Source: Planctomycetota bacterium
GTDB taxonomy: Bacteria > Planctomycetota > UBA1135 > UBA2386
Assembly (NCBI GenBank): GCA_046349595.1
Contig: JAXMCA010000001.1
Coordinates: 1,186,522-1,250,521, forward strand
Length of the DNA stretch: 64,000 nucleotides
Direction of reading: 5' to 3'
The position numbers and the translations under genes are program-made. The notes below the pieces were generated by a model. It had not been told where the DNA came from, ran no database searches, and was given only the letters and a program-made list of their open reading frames with translations. Position 1 is the stretch's first letter, and every line of letters begins with the position of its first letter. Positions 49,300 to 59,464 of this stretch are shown here, piece after piece.

Positions 49300-51555
49300 A
49301 TGGACTTCTTCCGCAAGTATCAGCGCATCATCCTCTACACGGCCGGCATCTTCGCGCTGGTGAGCTTCTCGATCAGCGGGCCGATCCTGACCTTCTTCGC
49401 GAGCCTGACGCAGCGCAGCCAGCCGATGGCGTCGATGAAGGTCGAGGGCCGCGACGTCGCCGTCACGGTGGACGACATCGCCACCGCCCAACGCCTCGTC
49501 CAACGCGGCGAGCGAGGGCGTTCGGATCTCGTCGTCGTGTTGCCGACCCTGTTCGGTGCGGAAAGCACCGACTCGAAGGTCGACGTCTATGCCGCACTGC
49601 GTCGCCTCGCGATCGAGTACGGCCTCGAGTACTCGGACGACGAGGTGGACCGCGCGATCGACAACGCGCTGCGTATCGGCAACGCCGCGGGCCTCACCTC
49701 CGTGAACGACCTGTGGCGCGGCCGCTACGAGTCCCTGTCGGAGTTCCGGCACATCATCGGCGAGAGTCTGCGCATCAGCACCTTCGTCCGGTTGCAGGCC
49801 ATGGCGATCGACACCTCCCTGGCTTCGGTCGCCGATTCGCTGAGCCGCGACCTCGAGCGAGTCACGCTGGATGCCGCCGTGCTCGACGAGAAGGCGCTCC
49901 AGACCGCGATCGAGCAGAAGGACGTCAGCGACGAGGACCTCGGCGCCTGGATCGCCTCGCTGACCAAGGCCGAGCAGAACAGCCACGGCTTCCTCGATCA
50001 GAACCGCTACAAGATCGACGTCGCGTCGCTCGCGAACGCCGATTTCGATCCCGCGAACTTCGCCGAGGAACTCGCCGGCAAGACCTTCTCGGACGACGAG
50101 GTGAGCTCCTACTACGAGCTCAACAAGTTCCGGCTGTGGCAGAAGCCCAAGGCCCCGGATGCCGCGGCCGACGCTCCGCCCGAATACGACCCGCTCGACG
50201 ACGCGCTGAAGGTGACCATCCGCCAGCGCCTCGGCGCCGAGGCCGTGCTGAAGGCGATCTGGGACAAGGTCACCGAACGGCTCAACGAGTCCATCAAGGC
50301 CGAGGTGGCCGTGCGTGACGCCGCGATCGCCAAGGTCGACGAGGCGCAGAAGGGCGTCGAGACGGCCTCGGTGAGGGGCAATGCCGCCGATGCGACCGAG
50401 GCCGAGAAGAAGGCACTCACCGACGCGATGGCGGCAGTCACCGCGGCGAAGGAATCGGTGACCTCTGCCGACAAGGCCGTGGCGGACAAGCTCGCCTCCT
50501 TCGACAGCAAGGCCGCGTTCGAGGAACTGGCGAAGGGTCGCAAGGGCCTCGCCTACGCCTCGGCGCCGGAGCAGTCGATGACGATCACCCAGCTCGAGTC
50601 GATCGAGCCGGTGAAGCCCTGGACGGGCTCCGCCGCGGTCGCTGCCCTGACCCTCGCGCAGCCCCTGACCACACAGGTCCAGCGTTCCGCCGGCTTCTCC
50701 TTCCACGTGCGACTGCGCGCGATCGAGGAGACGCCGCTGAAGCCGCTCGCCGACATCCGCGACAAGGCCCGGACCGACTGGTTCACCATGAAGGCCGGTG
50801 ATGCCGCCAAGGAGCGCACGACCGGCTTCGAAGACGATCTGAAGGCCCTTTCGCGCGCCAAGATCCCCGAGCGGATCGCGGAACTCGAGAAGGAGCGCGA
50901 CACCAAGCTCGAGACCAAGGTCGCCGACTGGAAGGCCGACATCGAGAAGCGTCTCGCCGAGGAGAAGACGCAGCGCGACTTCCACCAGAAGCGCGATCCG
51001 GACAGCCAGGCCTTCCACGGTCACCAGGCGCAGGTCGACAAGCTCGAGGCGGAGCTCGCCAAGCTCGAGGATCAGCGCAAGCTCTTCCTCGAAGGGCTCC
51101 AGAAGGAGTGCGACGACGCGATCGCGAAGGCCGCCAAGGCGCACTATGGCGAGGTGCTCGCCGAGGCTGCGGCCAAGCACGAGTTCACCGTCTCCTCCTT
51201 CGGCCCCTACCCGCGGGAGCTGTTCGTCGCCGGCCGTTCGCGCGATGCCTATCCGGAGGCCGTCCAGTTCCTGTTCGGCAATCCGACCGTGCGTGGACTC
51301 GAGCAGGGTGACGCGACGGACGTCCTCCCCGACGCGGCGCATCGCAAGCGCTACCTCGCCGTCTGCACCAAGGTCGAGAAGGGCGGCCTCGCCGACATCA
51401 CGCGGCGGCAGTTGCTCGATGGCCGCGAATCGGCGGAATACACCCGGATGTCGGATGGCGTCGAGCAGAGCTTCAGCATCGAAGCGCTGACGGCGCGCTG
51501 GGACTGGCACCAGCCCAATCGCGTGGAAGTCCGCGAGGGCAAGGGCGACAAGTGA
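49300..51555 (+). CDS. membrane-anchored PpiD/SurA-N-like periplasmic chaperone (uncertain)
   Basis: MDFFRKYQRIILYTAGIFALVSF is an N-terminal anchor typical of PpiD-type proteins, followed by a long Ala/Glu/Lys-rich body. 751 aa. Confidence 0.55.
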   Translation: MDFFRKYQRIILYTAGIFALVSFSISGPILTFFASLTQRSQPMASMKVEGRDVAVTVDDIATAQRLVQRGERGRSDLVVVLPTLFGAESTDSKVDVYAALRRLAIEYGLEYSDDEVDRAIDNALRIGNAAGLTSVNDLWRGRYESLSEFRHIIGESLRISTFVRLQAMAIDTSLASVADSLSRDLERVTLDAAVLDEKALQTAIEQKDVSDEDLGAWIASLTKAEQNSHGFLDQNRYKIDVASLANADFDPANFAEELAGKTFSDDEVSSYYELNKFRLWQKPKAPDAAADAPPEYDPLDDALKVTIRQRLGAEAVLKAIWDKVTERLNESIKAEVAVRDAAIAKVDEAQKGVETASVRGNAADATEAEKKALTDAMAAVTAAKESVTSADKAVADKLASFDSKAAFEELAKGRKGLAYASAPEQSMTITQLESIEPVKPWTGSAAVAALTLAQPLTTQVQRSAGFSFHVRLRAIEETPLKPLADIRDKARTDWFTMKAGDAAKERTTGFEDDLKALSRAKIPERIAELEKERDTKLETKVADWKADIEKRLAEEKTQRDFHQKRDPDSQAFHGHQAQVDKLEAELAKLEDQRKLFLEGLQKECDDAIAKAAKAHYGEVLAEAAAKHEFTVSSFGPYPRELFVAGRSRDAYPEAVQFLFGNPTVRGLEQGDATDVLPDAAHRKRYLAVCTKVEKGGLADITRRQLLDGRESAEYTRMSDGVEQSFSIEALTARWDWHQPNRVEVREGKGDK

Positions 51556-51561
51556 TCGCCA

Positions 51562-51586
51562 GGGCGTGGCAGCGCTTGCCACGCCC
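51562..51586. terminator. bidirectional GC hairpin between convergent genes
   Basis: GGGCGTGGCA-GCGCT-TGCCACGCCC is a perfect 10-bp stem. No T-tract. Confidence 0.4.
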
Positions 51587-51640
51587 GCAGTGAGCGATCG
51601 GCCCGTCCCTCGCGCTCTCGCTCGAGGTGGGCCGGGGCGA

Positions 51641-52225
51641 TCAGGCGAAGTTCTTCGCCGCGTAGGCCCAGTTCACGAGCTGCCAGAAGTGCTCGACGTA
51701 GCTCGGGCGCGCGTTGCGGTAGTCGACGTAGTAGGCGTGCTCCCACACGTCGCAGGTCAACAGCGGCTTCTTGCCGGCCGAGGTCAACGGGCAGCCGGCG
51801 TTCGAGGTCGATTCGATCGCCAGCGAGCCGTCGGCGTTCTTCACGAGCCAGGCCCAGCCGCTGCCGAAGGTGCCGATCGCGCAGGCCGTGAACTCCTCCT
51901 TGAACTTCGCGAAGGAGCCCCACTTGGCCGTGATGGCCTGGGCCAGGGCACCGCTCGGCTCGCCACCGGCCTTCGGCGCGAGGCAGTTCCAGTAGAAGGT
52001 GTGGTTCCACACCTGGGCCGCGTTGTTGAACAGGCCGCCGGCGGGGGCCTTGCGGATGATGTCCTCGAGCGACATCCGCTCGTAGTCGGTGCCGGCGATC
52101 AGCTTGTTGAGGTTGTTGACGTAGGCCGCGTGATGCTTGCCGTGATGGAACTCGAGGGTCTCGGGCGAGATGTGGGGCGCGAGCGCGTCCTTCGAGTAGG
52201 GGAGTTCGGGGAGAGTGAATGCCAT
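51641..52225 (-). CDS. sodB: Fe/Mn superoxide dismutase
   Basis: [32 protein letters not shown]...[13 protein letters not shown]. Confidence 0.95.
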   Translation of the reverse strand: MAFTLPELPYSKDALAPHISPETLEFHHGKHHAAYVNNLNKLIAGTDYERMSLEDIIRKAPAGGLFNNAAQVWNHTFYWNCLAPKAGGEPSGALAQAITAKWGSFAKFKEEFTACAIGTFGSGWAWLVKNADGSLAIESTSNAGCPLTSAGKKPLLTCDVWEHAYYVDYRNARPSYVEHFWQLVNWAYAAKNFA

Positions 52226-52339
52226 GGGCGGGGTCTCGTCGTGGTCTGACGCGAACGCGACGGGCGAGCCGATCGCGCATCTCCCCCTAACATGGGCCGA
52301 GGAGGGGCTCGGTGCAAAGGCGCGTTCGGACGATCGCCC

Positions 52340-53086
52340 TCAGCTCCGGGCGATCGCGATCAGCGAGTGTCCGAAGGGGAACTCCATGTGGCGGAGCAGC
52401 CACCTCTCGGCGCTCATGAACCAGGCGAACAGGCCGTTGACCGGCCGGCTGAACTCGTGGCTCAGGTTGGTCTGCCCGTCCGGCAGCCCCAACAGGCGTT
52501 CCTTGAGCTTCAGCACCATGACCGCCGGCAGGATCAGCGGGAACAGGAAGGTGTTGAAGTAGGTCAGCTTGCGTGGTGCGAAGCGCTCGGCGGACAACAA
52601 CTTCGCGAGCTGACCGCGGGTGTAGCGACGCTGGTGATGCACCAGCCGGTCGTTCTGCGAGAACAGGAACTGGTAGGCGGGGACCGAGATGAACACGAGT
52701 CCGCCCGGCTTGAGGATCCGCTTCACCTCGGCCAGCGCCTGACGGTCGTCGGGGATGTGCTCGATCGCATCGAACAGGGCGACGACGTCGAAGCTGCCGT
52801 CGGCGAAGGGCAGCTCGGTGCCCGAGCCGGTGACGACGTCCGGGAACCCCCGGTGACGACAGTAGGCGAGAGCGTCGTGTGCGATGTCGAGTCCGTGCAC
52901 GTGCCCGAATCGCGCGAGTGGCGACAACATGCCGCCGGGTCCGCAGCCGATCTCGAGGATCTCGAGGTCGTGGCCGCGGCCGCTGAGTTCGCGCGCGATG
53001 AGGTCGAAGAAGATCGCGCGCCGTCCGCGGAACCAGAAGTGACGCTGCTCGAGCTCTGCGAACTGATCGTAGATGCGGGCATCCAT
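52340..53086 (-). CDS. class I SAM-dependent methyltransferase
   Basis: ILEIGCGPGGM...FDVVALFDAIEHIPD...LKPGGLVFISVP. Confidence 0.8.
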   Translation of the reverse strand: MDARIYDQFAELEQRHFWFRGRRAIFFDLIARELSGRGHDLEILEIGCGPGGMLSPLARFGHVHGLDIAHDALAYCRHRGFPDVVTGSGTELPFADGSFDVVALFDAIEHIPDDRQALAEVKRILKPGGLVFISVPAYQFLFSQNDRLVHHQRRYTRGQLAKLLSAERFAPRKLTYFNTFLFPLILPAVMVLKLKERLLGLPDGQTNLSHEFSRPVNGLFAWFMSAERWLLRHMEFPFGHSLIAIARS

Positions 53087-53089
53087 CGC

Positions 53090-54010
53090 TCAGGCCGCTC
53101 CGGCACCGGGTCTCGGCTTCGCCACGACGACGAGTTCGTCGTGGAAGTTGAGGTAGACGTTCGCACGCCGCAGCAAGGCCAACGGCTTGAGGAGGAAGCT
53201 CACCACCTTGTTCAGTCGCGATGCGCGTTCGGCGATGAACGAGAAGGACACGTACTTGCCCGCGTACGACGAGGTCATCGACTCGATCTCGAAGCCGGAG
53301 TCCTCCAGCACGCGACGGATGGTGCCCGCGTTGAAGTGGTAGATGTGCTCCTCGTGCTTGAAGTGGTGCCAGCGTCGACCGAGCAGCCGCGCGAAGCGGC
53401 TGTCGATGTTCTGCGTCTCCACGATCAGCCTGCCGTCCGGTCGCAACATGCGCCGCGCCTCGCGCAGGAGGTCCTGCGGATCGGGCACGTGCTCGATCAC
53501 GTCCCACATGGTGAGGAGGTCGAAGCTGCCGCGGGCGCAGCCCGGCCGCTGCTCCGGCAGAGACTGCAACGTGCCGACCCACACGCGGTCCGCACCGAGG
53601 GCGCGGATGGCCTCCTTGCTGATCGCAGTCGACACCTCGACGCCCTGCACGTCGTGTCCGTACTCCTGGGCGATGCGGAGGAAGTAGCCCGCGGCGCAGC
53701 CGACGTCGAGGATGCGACCACCCTTCGGCACGTGCCTCTCGATGAAGCGCATGCGCCTGCGGAAGGTCTTCAGGTAGAGCGCCGATTCCTCGGCGTAGTT
53801 GGCGTAGCCCTTGGTCTTCGGGCTGCCGCTCTTCCAGTACTCCTCCTCGTACACGGCGTGGATCGCGTCGTCGCTCCAGCGCGGCGACACCCACACCATC
53901 TTGCAGGACGGGCAGCGCAGCACGCGGTACGGCGCCTCTTCGAACTCCAGGGTCGGGTTGGCGCCGCCGCAAACCTGGCAGCGCGTGACCTCGACGAAAC
54001 CCTGCGTCAC
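53090..54010 (-). CDS. class I SAM-dependent methyltransferase with N-terminal Cys4 motif
   Basis: CQVCGG...CPSCKMVW and ILDVGCAAGYF...FDLLTMWDVIEHVPD. Confidence 0.8.
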   Translation of the reverse strand: MTQGFVEVTRCQVCGGANPTLEFEEAPYRVLRCPSCKMVWVSPRWSDDAIHAVYEEEYWKSGSPKTKGYANYAEESALYLKTFRRRMRFIERHVPKGGRILDVGCAAGYFLRIAQEYGHDVQGVEVSTAISKEAIRALGADRVWVGTLQSLPEQRPGCARGSFDLLTMWDVIEHVPDPQDLLREARRMLRPDGRLIVETQNIDSRFARLLGRRWHHFKHEEHIYHFNAGTIRRVLEDSGFEIESMTSSYAGKYVSFSFIAERASRLNKVVSFLLKPLALLRRANVYLNFHDELVVVAKPRPGAGAA

Positions 54011-55434
54011 CCGAAGTACTCCTTGCCGGTGGCGACGCGCATGTGGTCGGTGAGTTCGCCGGTGGCGAGCTCGAGACCGAGCTTCCGCCCCATCTCCACG
54101 GACTGGTCCATGTTGTTGTAGCGAAAGTTGCCCTGGCGGCCGGTGGTGTGGATGCCCGAGAGCTTGCCGACGAAGTCCATCACCGGCTGCAAGTGGGTGC
54201 GGTACTTGAGGTCGTACACCGGGTAGGCGAAGGGGATTTTGCGCACCGAGGCGCCGAGCACCTCACCCGGCTTGATCAGCCCGACGCTGACCAGGTCCTT
54301 CTCCGCGATCTTCTGCAACTCCTCGGCACTGGCGCGCCAGATCTCGTCGCCGCGCCGGCAGGTGATCTCGGCGCAGATCAGCGTCTTGTCCTTCGGCGCG
54401 CAGTGCGGGCTGAAGTTCTTGAACTCCGAGATGCGGTGCACGGTGAGGTGCTTCTCGGGCAGGTAGACCCAGGAGTCCGGGCTCACGCTCGGTCGGTTGA
54501 GCTTGAGGTACACGAACACGATCGACACGTAGTCGAGCGAGTCGGCGGCTGCGAGCACCTCGGGCGGGGACTTCGGCGACAGGCACTTGGCGAGCGAGGT
54601 GACCGGGATGGTCGAGACGTACTCGTCACCCTCGATGACGTGGCGCGAGTGCTTGCCGTACTCGATGCCGACCACGCGCATGTCGTCGCGCAGCACGCGC
54701 ACCGCGGGTGCGTTGGTCAGCACGACCGACTCGGTGCCGGACTGCTCGATGCGCCGCGCGTAGCCGCGTGCCAGCTCGCCGATACCGCCGAACTTCGGGT
54801 AGATGAAACTGCGCACCAGGGTGCGCGGCGTGTCGCCGGCCTTGGGGCGAGCGAGCGTCTTCTTGATCGTGTCCCACAGGCTCAGCAGCGTGATGCGCTG
54901 GCTGGCCCAGTCGGCGGAGATCTGACTGGGCGGCATGCCCCAGGCCTTCTCGGTGTACTGGCCGAAGAAGACGCGGTAGAGCGTGCGGCCGAAGCGGCGC
55001 GTCACCCAGCTCTCGAAGTCGAGGTCGGAGAAGCGGCGCAGGCGGGTGGCGTCGAGGAAGCGCACCCACATGTAGTCGAGCATCGCGCGCACCAGCAGCA
55101 GGCGCGGCATGTTCTTGAGCACGTTCTTCGCGACCAGCGGGTAGTCGAAGAACTTGTTGAACAGCACGATGCGCGAGAGGCGCTGCGCGGTGACCACGTT
55201 GTCGCCGAGGATCTCGCGCACGTGCTCGATCAGGTTCTTGTCCTGACTGTGGAAGCGGTGCGGACCGAAGTCCTCGGTCCAGTACTCGTCGCCGTCCTCG
55301 ATGAAGGAGGAGGCCATGCCGCCGACGTGCGGCTCGCGTTCGAGCACGGTGACGCGGTGCCCGCGTTGGACCAGTTCGTAGCCGCAGGACAGCCCTGCCA
55401 GGCCACCGCCCAGGATGACGACGTGCTTCTTCAT
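54007..55434 (-). CDS. FAD/NAD(P)-binding oxidoreductase (amine oxidase / UDP-galactopyranose-mutase-like)
   Basis: MKKHVVILGGGLAGLSCGYEL...VLEREPHVGGM, and the C-terminal TTGRQGNFRYNNMD. Confidence 0.8.
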   Translation of the reverse strand: MKKHVVILGGGLAGLSCGYELVQRGHRVTVLEREPHVGGMASSFIEDGDEYWTEDFGPHRFHSQDKNLIEHVREILGDNVVTAQRLSRIVLFNKFFDYPLVAKNVLKNMPRLLLVRAMLDYMWVRFLDATRLRRFSDLDFESWVTRRFGRTLYRVFFGQYTEKAWGMPPSQISADWASQRITLLSLWDTIKKTLARPKAGDTPRTLVRSFIYPKFGGIGELARGYARRIEQSGTESVVLTNAPAVRVLRDDMRVVGIEYGKHSRHVIEGDEYVSTIPVTSLAKCLSPKSPPEVLAAADSLDYVSIVFVYLKLNRPSVSPDSWVYLPEKHLTVHRISEFKNFSPHCAPKDKTLICAEITCRRGDEIWRASAEELQKIAEKDLVSVGLIKPGEVLGASVRKIPFAYPVYDLKYRTHLQPVMDFVGKLSGIHTTGRQGNFRYNNMDQSVEMGRKLGLELATGELTDHMRVATGKEYFG

Positions 55435-55553
55435 GACGGGGGTGCGGATCCGAGGTGTGCCGTCCGCCGGGCCGCTGCAGCTCCGATCGATCCCTTCGGA
55501 TCGACCGATCGCCGGTCTTTTGGCGTCCTGACGGACATGTGTCGTGGGGGAGT

Positions 55554-56321
55554 CTAATCGCCCGTCGCAGGGCGCGGTTCGCCGGTCACCTTGGGTGACG
55601 GACGGGGCCCGAGGAAGCGCATCCGGCAGATGGTGCGGAACATCTTCCACGCGGTCTTGGCCTGCCGGCCCAGGGTGTCCGAGTGCTTGGAGTCGCCACC
55701 CGCCCTCTGGCGGTAGGTGATCGGGATCTCGATGACACGCCGCCGTGCGCGCAGCGCGGCGCACATCATCTCGGGGGAGAAGGCGGGACCGGCTTCGCGG
55801 AGCATGCCGCGGATGGCCTCGAAGGTCTGGCGCGTCAGCGCGCGGTAGGTGCAGCCGACGTCCGTGAAGCGCGGCTCGGCGGGACGCATCCAGAGCAACT
55901 GGAGGTACTTCGCCATGAACACGTTGCCCCAGCGCAGCAGGAAGCGCATGTTGGCGCCCTGCTCGACCATCTGCCGCGTGGTGCGCGTGCCCATCACCAT
56001 GTCGGCGTCGTCGAGGTAGACCAGCAGCTTGTCCACGTCGCGCGCGGCGAAGGAACCGTCGGCCTCGGTGAGCACCAGCACGTCGCCGCGCGCCTCGCTC
56101 ATGCCGCGCATCAGGGCCGAGCCGTAGCCGGGCTTGCTCTCCTGCACCACGCGCGCGCCCGCTTCGCGCGCGATCTCCGCCGTGCGGTCCTTGCAGTTGT
56201 TGTCGACGACGAGGATCTCGTCGATCTGCGGAGCCTTCTTGAACTCCTCGACGACGGCACCGATCGTCGCCTCCTCGTTGTAGGCGGGGATCACCAGGGA
56301 GACCGTGCGGTCGCGATACAT
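55554..56321 (-). CDS. family 2 glycosyltransferase
   Basis: VSLVIPAYNEEATIG...VVDNNCKDRT...LTEADGSF. Confidence 0.85.
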   Translation of the reverse strand: MYRDRTVSLVIPAYNEEATIGAVVEEFKKAPQIDEILVVDNNCKDRTAEIAREAGARVVQESKPGYGSALMRGMSEARGDVLVLTEADGSFAARDVDKLLVYLDDADMVMGTRTTRQMVEQGANMRFLLRWGNVFMAKYLQLLWMRPAEPRFTDVGCTYRALTRQTFEAIRGMLREAGPAFSPEMMCAALRARRRVIEIPITYRQRAGGDSKHSDTLGRQAKTAWKMFRTICRMRFLGPRPSPKVTGEPRPATGD

Positions 56322-56435
56322 GGATGTGCGGTCCGGACGAGGTGTGACGAGATCGACGGCGGGGAGACGAGAGGCGCGCAGAGCAGCGAGGGCGGGGAAG
56401 GATACCGTCCGTTCGGCCGAGAGTATGCTGCGCCG

Positions 56436-57425
56436 ATGCCCGAGCTGCTGCCGTGGTTGCGAAGCGCCGTCGCCGTCGCGCTGATCTCCGTCCTGCCTTC
56501 CGCACAATCTCCATCCGGGACCGTGCCTAGGCGTGCGGAGGCCGGACACGCCGCGACCGAGGCCGCGGCAAGACCGATCGTGGCGGTTCTCGGCGCCAGT
56601 GTCAGCGCGGGGTTCATCGATCCCATGCGACGTCCCGACGGAGAGCCGAACTCGACCGTCAAGCTCGCGCAGGCGATCCAGGTCCTCTGGCCCGAAGACG
56701 CGATCGAACTGCGCGACCAGAGCGACGCCATGCTGTTCCTCGATCCGATGACCGCGGGTGGCCGGCAGATCGAGCGCACGGTGCAGATGAAGCCCGCCCT
56801 GGTCGTCGCGCTCGACTTCCCCTTCTGGTTCGGCTACGGCCAATTCTCCGCGGCGACTGCGGACAAGCGCACGGCGGCGCGGCTCGAGCGTCAGGATCAG
56901 TGCTTCGGGTTCTTGGAGCAGGTGCTCGCAGGTGGTCCGGTGCCGATCCTGATCGGCGACTATCCGGACATGCACGGCGCGGATCCGCAGATGCTGCCGC
57001 CGGGGCTGATCCCGAGCGTCGAAGAGCTGCGCACGCTCAATGGGCGCCTGCGCGATTGGGTGGCGAAGCACCCGACGGTCACCCTGTTCCCGCTCGCCAA
57101 CTTCGTCGAGGAGGCCCGCGGTGCCGGCATCGCGATGGACTTCGAGAAGGCGGAGCATCGCTTCACACCGGAACTCCTGATGCAGAGCGATCGCCTGCAC
57201 GCGTCGCGCACCGGAGTCGCGGTGCTCGCGCTGCGGCTCACCGCCGCGTTGCGGCGAGTGCTCGACGCGAAGAACCCGCTGCGTCCGCGCGATGTGACCT
57301 TCGCCGAACTCGTCGAGCGCTGCGGCGCGACCTTCGAGATCGAGGACTGGATCGACGCGCAGGCCAAGGCGCCGAAGAAGGAAGACGGCGCCGCCGAGCG
57401 CAAGAAGCAGCTCGTGCCGCGGTGA
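56436..57425 (+). CDS. secreted hypothetical protein, weak SGNH/GDSL-hydrolase-like features
   Basis: Signal peptide MPELLPWLRSAVAVALISVLPSAQS. VAVLGASVSAGF resembles SGNH block I but has Ala in place of Asp. Confidence 0.4.
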   Translation: MPELLPWLRSAVAVALISVLPSAQSPSGTVPRRAEAGHAATEAAARPIVAVLGASVSAGFIDPMRRPDGEPNSTVKLAQAIQVLWPEDAIELRDQSDAMLFLDPMTAGGRQIERTVQMKPALVVALDFPFWFGYGQFSAATADKRTAARLERQDQCFGFLEQVLAGGPVPILIGDYPDMHGADPQMLPPGLIPSVEELRTLNGRLRDWVAKHPTVTLFPLANFVEEARGAGIAMDFEKAEHRFTPELLMQSDRLHASRTGVAVLALRLTAALRRVLDAKNPLRPRDVTFAELVERCGATFEIEDWIDAQAKAPKKEDGAAERKKQLVPR

Positions 57426-57428
57426 GGA

Positions 57429-59456
57429 TCAGTTGCCGGTGCCGGCGAGGGCGTCGCGCCAAGCCGGCAGTGCCGTGAGTCCCTGCGTGACCGGTGCGAG
57501 GAGGCGTCGCGCGGAGGAGGACAGCGCTGCGTACGAGGTCGCCAGAGCCTCGGCCTCGCCGCGCCTGCCGTCGGCCATCGCCTCGTGAGCACGCAGGACC
57601 TGCGCGCGTGCATCGTCGGTGCGGGTCAGAGCGGTGAAGGCGTGGATCGCATCGCGGGTCGCGGCACCGGTCGGGTCCTTCGCGCAGGCGTCGATCGCCC
57701 GGACGAAGGCGGCCTCGCGGGCATAGAGAGCCCGCGCAGCGGTGTCGTCCTTGACCTCCGGAGCCGTGCCGAGCGCGGTGAGCGTGTCGGCGAGCCTCTG
57801 CCGCAGGCGCGGGTGGGGGTCGGCGTAGAGCCTGTCGATCGCCTCGGCGTGCTTGCCCTCCTGGAACAGCAGCACCGCGGCGAGCATCTGCGCGCGCGGC
57901 TCGCGGGGATCGAGGCGCAGGATGCGGGTCAGCGCTTCGCGTGCGACGTCGCGCAGACCCGCGCCCTGCGCGAGCTGAGCGGTGAGGAACAGCGCGTTGG
58001 TGTTGTCGGGATCGAGGACGGCGAGGGCGGCGAGGTCGTCGCGGCAGGCGGCGTACTCGGCAGCGGTTCGCTTGCGCAGCGTGCCGTCCGACTCGAGCCC
58101 GCCACAGCGTGCCTCGATGCGCAGGCTGCGGTAGCGCGGCTCGCTCGGGTGGAGTGCGATCGCCGAATCGAGAGACGAATCGACGGCGCCGTCGAGCCAC
58201 CAGGCAGCGTTCTGCGCGGCGTACAGTGGCTGCCAGCACAGCCAGATCAGCGCGCAGCCCAGCACCACCAGGGCGGGGTGTCGCCGCGCGCGCGGCTCGA
58301 TCGGTTGCCGTCGAGCGGCCAGCGCGCCGAGCCACAACGCTGCGAGCAGCGCGGCGGGCGCATTGCCGAGCGGCGAGCGGAACAGCGACGGCACCGCGAA
58401 GGCGAGCAGCACCGCGCAGGACGCGAGATCCGCACCCCGCAATGCACGACCCAGGAACCAGACGATCAGCGCAACCCCGACCAGCCCCAGTTCGGCGGCG
58501 ATCTCCAGCGGATCGTCGTGCGCCGACTCGACCACGGTGGGGAACTGCCGCCCGAAGCTGCTCGCCTCGATCTCCTCCTGCCTGCGGTAGCGGGGATAGA
58601 CGAAGCGGAGCTGTCCGGTGCCGTGACCGAACATCGGCGCGTCGGCGACCATCGCACCCACGCCGCGCCAGAGGGCGAGGCGCACGGCGATGGTGGAGGG
58701 GGTGAAGGCGACGGGGTCGGCGCTGATCTCGGTCCGCGTCGGCGCTTCCGTCGCGGGACTCGTCCGGTTCCAGCGCGGAACCAGGGTCGCGACGATGCAG
58801 ACCGACGCCGCGAGCAGGAGGCCGTACCGATCCCGCCTGCCGAGCACCAACCGGATGGCGATGGCGACCAGGAGCGCGCCGAGCATCGCGGCCCGCGTGC
58901 CGTTGGCGGTGAACACCAAGGCGAGCGCGAACAAGGCGACGGCATTCCAGCGTGGCGCTCCTACGCCGTGCAGCCAGGCGCTGAAGGCGAAGGCGATCGC
59001 GAGCACCTCGCCGGAAGCGTTGCGATTGCCGAGGGTGCCGACCGGATCGAGCGGACTCCCGCCACACCAGCCGACGAGACCGAGCGACTGCGCCACTGTC
59101 ACGCCGGCAAGCAGCAAGCCGGTCGGCAACGCCGCCTGCGCGATCGAACGCCGATCGAACTGCGCGCCCGCGAACACGGTGATCGCCAGCGTGATCCACC
59201 ACGCCGCACGCAGGATCGCCTCGCCGACGTTCACCGCATCGATGCAGCGCAGCGCGGCCCAGCCGCAGAGCAGCAGCAGCGGCAGTCCGCCGCGGATGCC
59301 CTGCACGCGACCCGGCCGCCAGGTCAGCAGCAATCCGATCCCGACCACCACACCCGCCAGCGCACGCCGCGTCGCCTCCGCGTCGATCCAACGGGTCTCG
59401 AAGAGCAGCGTGATCGCGGCGATGCCGAGGGCCAGTGCGATCGTGGCGCCGCGCAT
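57429..59456 (-). CDS. O-antigen ligase (Wzy_C)-like polytopic membrane protein with C-terminal TPR region
   Basis: At least 10 TM helices, then SAHDDPLEIAAELGLVG and a TPR-like tail. Confidence 0.7.
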   Translation of the reverse strand: MRGATIALALGIAAITLLFETRWIDAEATRRALAGVVVGIGLLLTWRPGRVQGIRGGLPLLLLCGWAALRCIDAVNVGEAILRAAWWITLAITVFAGAQFDRRSIAQAALPTGLLLAGVTVAQSLGLVGWCGGSPLDPVGTLGNRNASGEVLAIAFAFSAWLHGVGAPRWNAVALFALALVFTANGTRAAMLGALLVAIAIRLVLGRRDRYGLLLAASVCIVATLVPRWNRTSPATEAPTRTEISADPVAFTPSTIAVRLALWRGVGAMVADAPMFGHGTGQLRFVYPRYRRQEEIEASSFGRQFPTVVESAHDDPLEIAAELGLVGVALIVWFLGRALRGADLASCAVLLAFAVPSLFRSPLGNAPAALLAALWLGALAARRQPIEPRARRHPALVVLGCALIWLCWQPLYAAQNAAWWLDGAVDSSLDSAIALHPSEPRYRSLRIEARCGGLESDGTLRKRTAAEYAACRDDLAALAVLDPDNTNALFLTAQLAQGAGLRDVAREALTRILRLDPREPRAQMLAAVLLFQEGKHAEAIDRLYADPHPRLRQRLADTLTALGTAPEVKDDTAARALYAREAAFVRAIDACAKDPTGAATRDAIHAFTALTRTDDARAQVLRAHEAMADGRRGEAEALATSYAALSSSARRLLAPVTQGLTALPAWRDALAGTGN

Positions 59457-59464
59457 CGCGAGCC

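Noticed and set aside
48626-49300. Genomic island or integrase next to tRNA-Lys
   Set aside because: The downstream genes are a Trm112-like protein and a PpiD-like chaperone. I saw no integrase and no direct repeat of the tRNA 3' end.
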